Sequence record: NC_054918.1
Reading direction: 5' to 3' (one strand)
Origin: Escherichia phage vB_EcoM_G4498
DNA length: 64,000 bases
Below the pieces are notes generated by a model. The model did not search any database and was not told the DNA's origin. It worked only from the letters and a program-made list of their open reading frames with translations. The position numbers were made by a program, and so were the translations under genes. Of this stretch, positions 28,880 through 38,509 are shown piece by piece (positions within the stretch are counted from its first letter, which is position 1; every line of letters begins with the position of its first letter).

Positions 28880-28911
28880 AAATTATACCACAGTCAAGAG
28901 GAAAAGTAAAC
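28880..28911 (-). promoter_or_regulatory. T4-type early promoter (-35 GTTTAC, 18-nt spacer, -10 TATAAT)
   Basis: minus-strand GTTTACTTTTCCTCTTGACTGTGGTATAATTTTTC upstream of regB. Confidence 0.6.
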
Positions 28912-28913
28912 AG

Positions 28914-29234
28914 TTATTCTTTAAATCTAATCAATTTATTCATAGACTTTGAAACTTCTGCACGAACCTCATGTAGATTTTTGAGCTGTTCAAGACGCTG
29001 CGTATAGTAAGCAATTTCATCTTCTTCGAGACAGTCCTGTGAATCTTCTTTAAGATAACGTGCATAGTCCTGAAAAGCGTTACGAACTACTTCCTGGAAA
29101 TCATCAAGACTTTGAATTTTCTTAGGAGCAGCAGATACACGACGAGGGGCAGTATAATACTCATAACCAAACCCTGCGCTTAATTGAGCCATTAGTATTT
29201 TTCCTCTGGTTGGAACACTGCACGACAAGCCCAC
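28914..29234 (-). CDS. hypothetical protein (106 aa)
   Basis: ORF. Confidence 0.45.
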   Translation of the reverse strand: MGLSCSVPTRGKILMAQLSAGFGYEYYTAPRRVSAAPKKIQSLDDFQEVVRNAFQDYARYLKEDSQDCLEEDEIAYYTQRLEQLKNLHEVRAEVSKSMNKLIRFKE

Positions 29235-29494
29235 ATACTGGCTTCTTTGAGTTTCGTTTTAGCAATAGTTAACTGATCGAGGCTTTCAGCATAATTCTTC
29301 GCGAATTCACAGTCTTCACAATTATCTAGTGCTTCCCAGAATTCATCGTATAAAGCGTCAAAGATAAGTCCTAAACGAACTTCAGCGTCTTTGATTGCAT
29401 TCACTTTACCGATTTTCTCTTCAGTATGTGGCTTATAACCCTTAATATCTTCAATCATATTTGACTTCCTCACCAGTACATAAATCATATTCAA
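29192..29494 (-). CDS. hypothetical acidic protein (100 aa)
   Basis: ORF. Confidence 0.4.
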   Translation of the reverse strand: MNMIYVLVRKSNMIEDIKGYKPHTEEKIGKVNAIKDAEVRLGLIFDALYDEFWEALDNCEDCEFAKNYAESLDQLTIAKTKLKEASMWACRAVFQPEEKY

Positions 29495-29672
29495 CTAAAC
29501 GAATGGGTTCATGAATGCCATATCCCTGAACAGAAATTTCTGTCGTAGGATAAATTCCATCAATATCACCCATATTCCACGCTTCATTAAATTGCTGTTC
29601 GCCTGAATTACTAAACCACTCGGCGAAAGCATTTAGCACATCTTCAGAACCTTCAATAATTATCTTTGCCAT
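29451..29672 (-). CDS. hypothetical protein (73 aa)
   Basis: ORF. Confidence 0.4.
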   Translation of the reverse strand: MAKIIIEGSEDVLNAFAEWFSNSGEQQFNEAWNMGDIDGIYPTTEISVQGYGIHEPIRLVEYDLCTGEEVKYD

Positions 29673-30034
29673 TACAAACTCTCGGTAAAGGTACGAGCGA
29701 TAACGTCGCGCTGCTGTTCCGGAGTCAGAGAGTTAAAGCGAACTGCATAACCGGATACACGGATGGTCAGCTGCGGATATTTTTCCGGATGCTTAACTGC
29801 ATCTTCCAGAGTTTCACGACGCAGAACGTTAACGTTCAGGTGTTGACCACCTTCAATTTTAACTGTAGGCTGTGGCTCAATTTCAATTTCACGGGCATGC
29901 AAACCATAGAAAATTTCTGGGTCTACAAAAGAGTCCTCTTTAAAGGTTTTAGAAACGATAATTCGTGCTTGAATACCATCTTCAAAATAAATAGTACCTT
30001 TATGTGTTCCTTCAAGAATTTGATATGCTTTCAT
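29672..30034 (-). CDS. autonomous glycyl radical cofactor (GrcA/YfiD-like; T4 Y06I homologue)
   Basis: 120 aa; C-terminal [60 protein letters not shown] is the glycyl-radical domain (RVSGY). Confidence 0.8.
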   Translation of the reverse strand: MKAYQILEGTHKGTIYFEDGIQARIIVSKTFKEDSFVDPEIFYGLHAREIEIEPQPTVKIEGGQHLNVNVLRRETLEDAVKHPEKYPQLTIRVSGYAVRFNSLTPEQQRDVIARTFTESL

Positions 30035-30041
30035 ATAAACC

Positions 30042-30371
30042 TCAATTAGAAAATAAATTTATCCAGGATTGTTCTTTAATTAAAAATGGCTCAGAATCAT
30101 ATGCCATTAAACTTTGGGTAATTAACCCTTTAAAAGGTCCATCAATAAATTCCATGGTAAAATATGGAATTTTATTCATTAGCCGTGCATTAGGAGCAGT
30201 ACATAAAACTCTGCATCCTTTGAATACACCTTTTTGTAATTTGTATTGCTTGGGATAAAATTCGCTCAAAATGTTATTATTTGCTAAAATTTCAAAATGA
30301 TTCACCAATTTATTTTTAATAGTTTTTGGCGAAAAATAAAGATATTCGAAAAGCTGAGTGTCTGTCATCAT
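30042..30371 (-). CDS. hypothetical protein (about 109 aa)
   Basis: ORF; start likely at internal MMTD. Confidence 0.4.
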   Translation of the reverse strand: MMTDTQLFEYLYFSPKTIKNKLVNHFEILANNNILSEFYPKQYKLQKGVFKGCRVLCTAPNARLMNKIPYFTMEFIDGPFKGLITQSLMAYDSEPFLIKEQSWINLFSN

Positions 30372-30907
30372 TGCATTCCGATTATGAAAAACTGTGGACG
30401 AGTAATACCACCAATGCAACAGTTAATATTACAGCAGTGGTGTACAGTGTCAATATGGACACTATAAATCTTATCCATATCAGGAGATTTGACAGGCTCA
30501 TCAATTATATATAAAATTCGCGAAAGCGATAAACCTCTGAACTTGCTTCCTTTATTACCAATAAAACTGCGCACAGAATCAGTAAATAAACGAAAACGTA
30601 TATCATCATTAGAATAACGCGAAAATTCCTTTTTAATGTTATTTGCAGAAATTTTAGCGTAAGCTGAAGTATTAGAAAGAACAATAACTGTTCCGCCATC
30701 ATATAACCAATTAGCAGCAAAATTAGTCACAGCAATTGATTTACCGGATTGACGTCCACCATCTATACGAAGTGTGCAATACTGTTTAAGTAAGTCTTCA
30801 AATGGTGGGATATAATCGTTTTTACAAATTTCTTCTACTCTAGCATCAGAATGGTGTGTAAAAGCATTCATCAGGGATAGATAAGGACCAGTTAAAAATG
30901 TTCTCAT
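30368..30907 (-). CDS. small P-loop NTPase-like protein (about 179 aa)
   Basis: Walker A-like GGRQSGKS, Walker B-like LYIIDEP. Confidence 0.45.
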   Translation of the reverse strand: MRTFLTGPYLSLMNAFTHHSDARVEEICKNDYIPPFEDLLKQYCTLRIDGGRQSGKSIAVTNFAANWLYDGGTVIVLSNTSAYAKISANNIKKEFSRYSNDDIRFRLFTDSVRSFIGNKGSKFRGLSLSRILYIIDEPVKSPDMDKIYSVHIDTVHHCCNINCCIGGITRPQFFIIGMQ

Positions 30908-31048
30908 TTTATTCTCTCTAGGTTTGGGCCATTCCGTGGCGCATGAATTGTCCATTTCTGTATTTACCCATTACCGCACTTGGGCTCGACCTTATTACAT
31001 GTTGGCGGGAATCCCTCACAAAATCATGAGGTCCAGGTTGTTCCCATG

Positions 31049-31522
31049 TTATTTGAACGATTTAACGTACTGAATAGAACCTTTACTATTCACAAAGGCA
31101 ATTTTACCATTTTTGTTATACATAGTAGCAGTACGTTGATAACCGTAAGTTTGTTTACCAGATTGATAACCAACTAATGCGAAATTATCTTCACCCATTT
31201 TATTCTGTTTAGCGCGAATGCGTTCATGACCATGTGCCATAAGAACCTTAGCATCACCAGTTGCAATGGATCGACGAGTTTTTTCATCTTCAGCTGTATT
31301 AACAAAGTCGTCAAATGAATCAAATTTAGCATGAGATTTATTATACAGTTTTCCATCTACTGCATAATTATATCCTTGTACATCCATCTCAACTTCTGTA
31401 CCATCATCTAATACAGCAGTAATTTTCTGTCCTTTTTTAAATTTCAAAAGATCAGTAAAAGATTCAGCAATAATTTGAGAATTAATAGCTGCCTCAGTAA
31501 TAAATTCTTGATATGTTTTCAT
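31049..31522 (-). CDS. internal-protein-like protein with capsid-targeting leader (157 aa)
   Basis: N-terminus MKTYQEFITEA; AAAGGA SD. Confidence 0.65.
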   Translation of the reverse strand: MKTYQEFITEAAINSQIIAESFTDLLKFKKGQKITAVLDDGTEVEMDVQGYNYAVDGKLYNKSHAKFDSFDDFVNTAEDEKTRRSIATGDAKVLMAHGHERIRAKQNKMGEDNFALVGYQSGKQTYGYQRTATMYNKNGKIAFVNSKGSIQYVKSFK

Positions 31523-31630
31523 GTATATCCTTTAAATGTAAATAGTTTTATTCTTTAAGTTTTGGACAATTCACACGCATGAATTGTCCGTTTCTATATT
31601 TACCCATTACCAGGTTCGAACTCGGCTTTA

Positions 31631-32212
31631 TTAAGAATTACCGCGGGCTGCATTAGCAACGGCGTAAGCGTACTGAACATTAGCGTCTTTAAACGTACCT
31701 TTAGAGGTATCTATTTCTGCCCTAAAGCCGCCTTTAGTCATAACATCGGCAAATTCTTTACGGAAAGCCATTGCATCAAGACTTCTCCATGATGATTTGT
31801 GCTTGGCAAATTCAAGACCTGCGAAGTTGACAGCTTTAGCCAATTTATTATCAATGACCCATTTACCGGCTTTAGGCACAAACTTCGGGCCTTTTTGTTT
31901 AGAGAACAGTTTTAAATTCCAGCGACGAAGGTCACTGTCGGCTTTAACAAAAGCTGCGTCTAAGTTACTAGCAACAACATCTTCAATATGAGCAAATTTA
32001 AGTCCGTCAACTTCAATATTTAAATCGGTACGCCAGCGAAGTCCTTCCCATGCGAAGGCTTTAAAGTCAGAAGCCTTTGTAGCTAAGTACCGTTCAATAG
32101 GAGCTGTTTTAGGGTCAAAGCCGTTTCCCGATCGGTAGGTCCACTCATCTTTGTTAATGCCTTTGGCCTTTACTACAGAAGCTTCGGCAATAAATTCTTG
32201 ATAGGTTTTCAT
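31631..32212 (-). CDS. ipIII: internal protein III-like (193 aa) with capsid-targeting leader
   Basis: N-terminus MKTYQEFIAEA; 193 aa as T4 IPIII; AAGGAAA SD; own early promoter. Confidence 0.6.
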   Translation of the reverse strand: MKTYQEFIAEASVVKAKGINKDEWTYRSGNGFDPKTAPIERYLATKASDFKAFAWEGLRWRTDLNIEVDGLKFAHIEDVVASNLDAAFVKADSDLRRWNLKLFSKQKGPKFVPKAGKWVIDNKLAKAVNFAGLEFAKHKSSWRSLDAMAFRKEFADVMTKGGFRAEIDTSKGTFKDANVQYAYAVANAARGNS

Positions 32213-32238
32213 GTGTTTCCTTGTTTGTTTTGATAGAG

Positions 32239-32270
32239 TAATTATACCATATTAATACTTAAGCGTAAAC
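32239..32270 (-). promoter_or_regulatory. T4-type early promoter (-35 GTTTAC, -10 TATAAT)
   Basis: minus-strand GTTTACGCTTAAGTATTAATATGGTATAATTACTC. Confidence 0.55.
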
Positions 32271-32273
32271 CGT

Positions 32274-32534
32274 TTAAGCTTTACCGCCAGAAATAATTCC
32301 GAAGTTGTTAAAATCATATCCAATATCGTCAACATCTACTTTAGGACTTGCTACAACATAAGCAATTTCACTACGTTTTGCACAGGTGTTGATTTCTTTA
32401 CCATCGCCACCTAAGAAAGAATACCCATTACGTTTTAATGAGCCAAAGTCTTCCGCATCACCAATGAAAGCTTTAACTTTAAATTTAGAACCTTTGGCAT
32501 CTGCTTCAACGATAAATTCTTGATACATTTTCAT
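32274..32534 (-). CDS. internal-protein-like protein with capsid-targeting leader (86 aa)
   Basis: N-terminus MKMYQEFIVEA; AAGGAAAA SD directly after denV remnant stop. Confidence 0.6.
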   Translation of the reverse strand: MKMYQEFIVEADAKGSKFKVKAFIGDAEDFGSLKRNGYSFLGGDGKEINTCAKRSEIAYVVASPKVDVDDIGYDFNNFGIISGGKA

Positions 32535-32540
32535 TTTTCC

Positions 32541-32651
32541 TTAGTAAATTGATTTACCAAAGTATTTGTACCAAGTCGGACGTTGATCAATTTTTTCATC
32601 TAAGCGTGCTTGATTTATCGCAATGGACGCTTCGGACGGGTCATAATTTCC
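32541..32651 (-). pseudogene. denV: denV (endonuclease V, pyrimidine dimer glycosylase) 3' remnant, last ~36 codons only
   Basis: translation [36 protein letters not shown] matches the T4 DenV C-terminus as recalled; upstream sequence is promoter/IP-gene DNA, not denV. Confidence 0.6.
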
Positions 32652-32671
32652 TCCAAGTAGTTGATGAATGT

Positions 32672-32701
32672 ATAGTATCAAAACCCTTGGAGGAAGTAAA
32701 C
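32672..32701 (-). promoter_or_regulatory. T4-type early promoter (-35 GTTTAC, -10 TACTAT) inside the denV-remnant ORF
   Basis: minus-strand GTTTACTTCCTCCAAGGGTTTTGATACTATACATTC. Confidence 0.45.
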
Positions 32702-32703
32702 AA

Positions 32704-33944
<1,241 letters not shown>

Positions 33945-33963
<19 letters not shown>

Positions 33964-34307
33964 TCACTCACAAACTCTTTCATTGATTCATTTTCAATAT
34001 AAGACATGTAGCTATTATATTCTTTTAATTGTATTTTGTAATATTTTTTTCTTTGCCAATTTATTTTAAAATTATCATAATGAAAATATAACATGGTACC
34101 AAAGAATGAAAATAATGAAATAATTTTAGTATAGTGAAGTTCACTCCAAACTTCTGTTATATTTACTGTGCCGTCGATGTTTAAAATAAGACAGTCAATT
34201 AACAATCCAAAAAGACTACCCGCAAGAGCTGCAGCCAACGCCACAGCAAAAATTAAAAATGACTCAGGAAGCGAATATTTGACTTTATTTAGTTTTGGCT
34301 TTTGCAT
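33945..34307 (-). CDS. membrane protein (120 aa)
   Basis: hydrophobic segments FLIFAVALAAALAGSLFGLLIDCLIL. Confidence 0.45.
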
Positions 34308-34702
34308 CGTGATTCCTTAACAAATTTCATAATTTCATTAAATTCATACTCAGCAAGTTTAATCTGGTGTTCCTTTTTAATCTTTTTACACTGTGCTTTC
34401 CAATCACGTACGCGTTTACGATAATGCCTTCCTTGATACCAGTATCCTACCCAATTTATAGGTACTAATAAAAATGGAACTATTAATGGAAGAATTAGCA
34501 TTAACACAAGTATTTCGCCAGAATCAATATCAGTCATAACATCTAAAACACCTCCAATAATCAATAGAATTACAAATGATATAAGTATAACAGGACCTAT
34601 TAATACATCAGTAGAAATTATCTGACGCTTTAATTCATACTTCAACGGTTTACTTGGAAGGTATAGTGATGGTTTTGACATATTCTCTACATTCCTTAAC
34701 AA
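34289..34702 (-). CDS. membrane protein (137 aa, two TM helices, basic C-terminus)
   Basis: VLIGPVILISFVILLIIGGVL and LVLMLILPLIVPFLLVPINWVGYWY. Confidence 0.45.
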   Translation of the reverse strand: MLRNVENMSKPSLYLPSKPLKYELKRQIISTDVLIGPVILISFVILLIIGGVLDVMTDIDSGEILVLMLILPLIVPFLLVPINWVGYWYQGRHYRKRVRDWKAQCKKIKKEHQIKLAEYEFNEIMKFVKESRCKSQN

Positions 34703-35258
34703 ATTTTTCTAGTAATAAATCACTTTCAAAATTAGGATTTTCCACTAATTTATCAAAAAGATCATCAACAATATTCAAGATATTTCTTTTACTAAGAATA
34801 CGTTTATTTTCATGCTTCGTTTCAGAATCAACTATAAGAGTAAAGAAATATTTCTTTCCCTGAAATTTTACTGTAGTATCAATATAGAATAAATTTGACT
34901 TTTGTAAGTTACGTTTAAACCATGCGTCACTTAAACTATAAACACCGAGATAATCAAAATCGTCGTTTAAATAACAAACTGTCCATTCAGGAGAAATGAA
35001 ATCAGTAAATTCAACATCAAAATCGCATGTCAATGAATAAATTGATTCAATACTGTTAATAAGTATTCCAGGACGTATTAAAGACTTTTTACCTCTGGAA
35101 AATCTTCCAGAAAGGCTTTCGTCTGTTTCATATGAAGAACCCCAATAATAATTACGTCCTTCTGCCATGCGTTTAAGAGCATTTAGCAATTGGTCTGGAA
35201 CATCAACCTGTCTTTGGAACTCTTCAAACATTGAATTGAAATCACTTTGCATTTTCAT
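34650..35258 (-). CDS. hypothetical protein (202 aa)
   Basis: ORF. Confidence 0.45.
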   Translation of the reverse strand: MKMQSDFNSMFEEFQRQVDVPDQLLNALKRMAEGRNYYWGSSYETDESLSGRFSRGKKSLIRPGILINSIESIYSLTCDFDVEFTDFISPEWTVCYLNDDFDYLGVYSLSDAWFKRNLQKSNLFYIDTTVKFQGKKYFFTLIVDSETKHENKRILSKRNILNIVDDLFDKLVENPNFESDLLLEKFVKECREYVKTITIPSK

Positions 35259-35299
35259 TCCTATTTACTCCAAGTAATAGGGGCCTAAGCCCCTTATCA

Positions 35300-35893
35300 T
35301 TATTTCAGAGAATTAATGTATTCCTGAACATCGGCAGAGGTAGTTTCAACCCCAGAAATATTACCATTAAAGGTTTCAACTCGAGCAAGAGTATCTTCAA
35401 TATCAACCTTAGTCAGCGCTGCAATTTCAACTACATCATCAGCAGTACTAATTCCAAGGGCATTTGCTGCACGAGTTTCACGGATATATTCCAATTTAAC
35501 TGCAAGTTCTTGGCGAGCATCATCTAACTCAACTACTTTCTTGGCGATTTCAATTCGCATTTCAGCATAACCATCAGCTTTAGTAGTCAACTGTTCAGCT
35601 GTTCGACGATATAGCAAACCAAGTTTAGCATGCATTGTTACATCTTGACCTTCAGAAAGAAGCTTGCGAATTTCACGCTCTTTTGATTCGGCCTGCTTAT
35701 TCTTTTCGACAATAAGTTCACGAATACGCTTTTCTTCATTAATAGATTTAACAGAAGCAGTTTTTAGATCTTTAATCTTATCAAGTAGTTTTGCTGCCGC
35801 AGCAGTATACTGTTCTTCAACGGATAAATTTTTAGCCATAGCAGAACCAAGTTTAGTGCGAATAAACTCAACAATTTTCTTCAGTGTGTTCAT
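35300..35893 (-). CDS. coiled-coil protein (197 aa), weakly PspA/IM30-like in architecture
   Basis: long heptad-rich helical sequence; no diagnostic motif. Confidence 0.45.
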
Positions 35894-36169
35894 AGTATTT
35901 CCTTAGGTTAATTAAGATTTAAAATCCATAAGAGTATTATTTGTAAACTATTTCAACATCGCCTTTTGCTGCTTTATAACCTTCAGCCCAAGATACAACC
36001 GAGTTTTTATCCGAAGATTCAAATTCTGGCATTGGGCTTTCGCCAATGTTCACGCAGTATGTTTCTTCATTTTCGTCAAACCAAATAATTAAAGTAGTCA
36101 TTTATTTCTCCGTTTCTGTATTTGTTTTGATAAGTCTATAATAACACCGTCCTTGGTGTTTGTACACAA

Positions 36170-36433
36170 TTATTTCATATTATTGAAATATTCTTCTGCG
36201 ATTTCATCGTTATCATGGTAAACTTTAGAAGACAGTTTAACATAACCTTCAGCAGTGAACATGTTAATCACAACCTTTACAGTATACCACTGACCATCTT
36301 CATTACCCATTACTGCGTAAGTTTCAAACATCGGATGATCAGGACCGATAACTTTAATATCATTCACTGTACGACCGAAATCTTCTGAAACACATTTCAT
36401 AAAGAAGTTGAACAGTTCACCGTAATTATCCAT
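36170..36433 (-). CDS. hypothetical protein (87 aa)
   Basis: GGAGAA SD before ATG at 36433; downstream of an early promoter. Confidence 0.5.
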   Translation of the reverse strand: MDNYGELFNFFMKCVSEDFGRTVNDIKVIGPDHPMFETYAVMGNEDGQWYTVKVVINMFTAEGYVKLSSKVYHDNDEIAEEYFNNMK

Positions 36434-36474
36434 TTTATTCTCCAAGTTGTTTTCTGTATCAGTAGTTGATATTG

Positions 36475-36506
36475 ATATAGTACCATAGAAGAACAGGGAT
36501 GTAAAC
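36475..36506 (-). promoter_or_regulatory. T4-type early promoter (-35 GTTTAC, -10 TACTAT)
   Basis: minus-strand GTTTACATCCCTGTTCTTCTATGGTACTATATC. Confidence 0.5.
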
Positions 36507-36626
36507 AGTTTTGTGAAAAATTTTTAGGGAATTTTAGGGCGGGGAGGGGCAATTAAAAGGTAGGATAATATATTATAAAGGATATAAACTAAATGATGCC
36601 TAGAGAGGCCCGGAAAGGCCTAGATA

Positions 36627-36653
36627 CCAAAAAGCCCTATCATTTAGATAGGG
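36627..36653 (-). terminator. rho-independent terminator (CCCTATC-taaat-GATAGGG + CUUUUUGG)
   Basis: hairpin and U-run immediately after stop of upstream IP-like gene. Confidence 0.6.
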
Positions 36654-36661
36654 ATTTAAAA

Positions 36662-37225
36662 TTATTTACATAGTTTAGTTATTATAGCTTCTGCAGCAGC
36701 TTTTAGCTTAGATGCGGTGTTAATACGATTTTTAATTTCAGTATATGCATCGCCAAGAACATCAAGGCTATCAGAATAAACACTTACACTATTGCGTTCG
36801 CTATTTGAAATAGAACCTTTAGTTTTACGATCAAAATCGGTATACACGTCTTGAAGATCGCGGGCTGCCTTCTTTGCATCATCCAATGCATCAAGAGCTT
36901 TATTCAAAGCATTGACATATTTTTTAGTGTCAAACATATTCTTAGAAATTTTAACAGGTGCACGTTCAGGAGTAGCTAATGCAGATTTAGAAACCTGAGC
37001 GCCAGATGCCAATTTCTTAGAAATTTTGAAAAATGCTTTATTGAAACTATTTTCTTGGCTCATCGTAAAAGAACTGTTATCGATGTTATACATTTCAATA
37101 GCTTTAGCTTTCCACTTAAGAAAATCGCCCCGGTCTTTTGGGTCCAAGTGGAAGAATACTTTAGTAAGATCTGCTTCAGATGGTAATTTTGCTGCTTCAG
37201 TTAAAAATTCGGCATAGGTTTTCAT
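36662..37225 (-). CDS. internal-protein-like protein with capsid-targeting leader (187 aa)
   Basis: N-terminus MKTYAEFLTEAA; AAGGA SD. Confidence 0.6.
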   Translation of the reverse strand: MKTYAEFLTEAAKLPSEADLTKVFFHLDPKDRGDFLKWKAKAIEMYNIDNSSFTMSQENSFNKAFFKISKKLASGAQVSKSALATPERAPVKISKNMFDTKKYVNALNKALDALDDAKKAARDLQDVYTDFDRKTKGSISNSERNSVSVYSDSLDVLGDAYTEIKNRINTASKLKAAAEAIITKLCK

Positions 37226-37294
37226 TTAAAATCCTTGAAATAATTTATTGGTTATTAATTATTTATTATCCGTAACAGCATTCTCTGAGTGATT

Positions 37295-37327
37295 CAAACT
37301 AAAAAGCCCCAACCTTTCGGTCAGGGC
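37295..37327 (-). terminator. rho-independent terminator ending the tRNA/stable-RNA transcription unit
   Basis: minus-strand GCCCUGACC-gaaa-GGUUGGGGC followed by UUUUUAGUUUG. Confidence 0.65.
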
Positions 37328-37380
37328 TAAGCCTTGCGGCAACCTTGTCGGGGTTCCACCTGCTAAGGCAAGTGTTTGTA

Positions 37381-37546
37381 CGAAACGCCGGGATTTGAAC
37401 CCGGTTATTAAGTAGTTGACGCTACTCAATATTTTTAAAAGGCCATATCTCGACCATATCCGAACGTTCCGTCAAAAACGCTACTCGGCTTATGGCAAAG
37501 ATATTTCCTCGAATCGATAATTCGGTGCGCCGTTTCTGCTGTAATA
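37381..37546 (-). ncRNA. candidate tRNA-like stable RNA (cf. T4 species 1/2 RNAs)
   Basis: non-coding stretch; minus-strand T-arm-like CCGGGTTCAAATCCCGG followed by CGTTTCG that can pair with GAAACG about 160 nt upstream; boundaries uncertain. Confidence 0.35.
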
Positions 37547-37635
37547 GTAAAGAGCCAGAACACAGTAAAACTGTGGGAGGAAACTATACTCCAGGGAACA
37601 TCAGTCCGACGACTTACCGGTAGCGACCCGGTTTC

Positions 37636-37986
37636 TTAATATTCTTTTAAAGCATCAATCTGTTCACGGCGTTTACGCCATAAATCAATTGCTTCATACG
37701 CGGATTCAGCATTTCGAATTAGCCGGCATTTATGTAAAGACTTATGATTTTGATATTGCGTAAATAACGAAATTTTATCTAAAAGGTCTTTACGATCAAA
37801 ATATTCGTAACCATCTAAACCAAATGAACGATTTTTGAGAAATTGCCAATGACCATATTCGTTTTCGACATAAACATAATCTGCATGCTGATAAAGTAAA
37901 TTAATTACACGTTCAGAAATAACAGTATCGTTATGATTAAAATAGAATGTTAAATCATGAACTACTAAATAGACATTACCTTTCAT
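37636..37986 (-). CDS. hypothetical protein (116 aa) between tRNA-Arg and the stable-RNA region
   Basis: GAGG SD before ATG at 37986; the longer track ORF would overlap tRNA-Arg. Confidence 0.5.
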   Translation of the reverse strand: MKGNVYLVVHDLTFYFNHNDTVISERVINLLYQHADYVYVENEYGHWQFLKNRSFGLDGYEYFDRKDLLDKISLFTQYQNHKSLHKCRLIRNAESAYEAIDLWRKRREQIDALKEY

Positions 37987-38004
37987 ATTTTCCTCACTTA
38001 TAAT

Positions 38005-38081
<77 letters not shown>

Positions 38082-38085
38082 TATT

Positions 38086-38160
38086 TGGCGGACGTGATAG
38101 GATTCGAACCTATAACCAATCGCTTAACAGGCGATCGCTCTGCCATTGAGCTACACATCC
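38086..38160 (-). tRNA. tRNA-Asn: tRNA-Asn (anticodon GTT), CCA encoded
   Basis: acceptor GGATGTG/CACGTCC, anticodon stem ATCGC/GCGAT, loop CUGUUAA, T-loop GGTTCGAATCC. Confidence 0.8.
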
Positions 38161-38164
38161 AAAT

Positions 38165-38251
38165 TGGTGGGGAGCGATGGAGTCGAACCACCCGAGTCGC
38201 AATGACAATGGATTTACAGTCCACACCGCTACCTCTACGGGATAACTCCCC
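38165..38251 (-). tRNA. tRNA-Tyr: tRNA-Tyr (anticodon GTA), long variable arm, CCA encoded
   Basis: acceptor GGGGAGT/GCTCCCC, anticodon loop CUGUAAA, long variable arm as in bacterial tRNA-Tyr. Confidence 0.75.
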
Positions 38252-38260
38252 TAATTAATT

Positions 38261-38335
38261 TGGTGGCCCTGGGTGGAATTGAACCACCATCTGGCGATTA
38301 TGAGTCGCTTGCTTGAACCTTCCAGCTACAGGGCC
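38261..38335 (-). tRNA. tRNA-Ile: tRNA with anticodon CAT (T4 tRNA-Ile position; Ile2 via lysidine, or Met)
   Basis: acceptor GGCCCTG/CAGGGCC, anticodon loop CUCAUAA; directly adjacent to tRNA-Thr as in the T4 Thr-Ile precursor. Confidence 0.8.
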
Positions 38336-38336
38336 T

Positions 38337-38412
38337 TGGTGCTGATTGACGGAATCGAACCGCCGACCTTCTCATTACAAGTGAGTTGCTCTACCTACTG
38401 AGCTAAATCAGC
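38337..38412 (-). tRNA. tRNA-Thr: tRNA-Thr (anticodon TGT), CCA encoded
   Basis: acceptor GCTGATT/AATCAGC, D-stem GCTC/GAGC, anticodon loop CUUGUAA. Confidence 0.85.
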
Positions 38413-38417
38413 AAAAC

Positions 38418-38507
38418 TGGCGGAGGCGATAGGATTTGAACCTATGAGTCGCCGGAGCGACTGCCGGTTTTCAAGACCGGTGCATTAAACCACTCTGCCA
38501 CGCCTCC
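38418..38507 (-). tRNA. tRNA-Ser: tRNA-Ser (anticodon TGA), type II, CCA encoded
   Basis: acceptor GGAGGCG/CGCCTCC, anticodon stem CCGGT/ACCGG, loop CUUGAAA, long variable arm. Confidence 0.85.
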
Positions 38508-38509
38508 AG

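Noticed and set aside
32642-32644. ATG with strong SD giving a 9-aa [12 protein letters not shown], reminiscent of the DenV MTR start
   Set aside because: Too short and out of frame with the DenV-like C-terminal segment; more likely part of the promoter/leader of the downstream gene
35280-35293. Hairpin GGGGC-ctaa-GCCCC after the stop of the 35300-35893 gene
   Set aside because: U-rich tract is on the plus side only, where no gene is transcribed; strand and function ambiguous, so not listed as a terminator
38261-38335. Calling the CAT-anticodon tRNA an initiator or elongator tRNA-Met
   Set aside because: Its position directly after tRNA-Thr reproduces the T4 Thr-Ile pair, and the T4 Ile tRNA is believed to read AUA via a modified CAU-derived anticodon; identity cannot be proven from sequence alone
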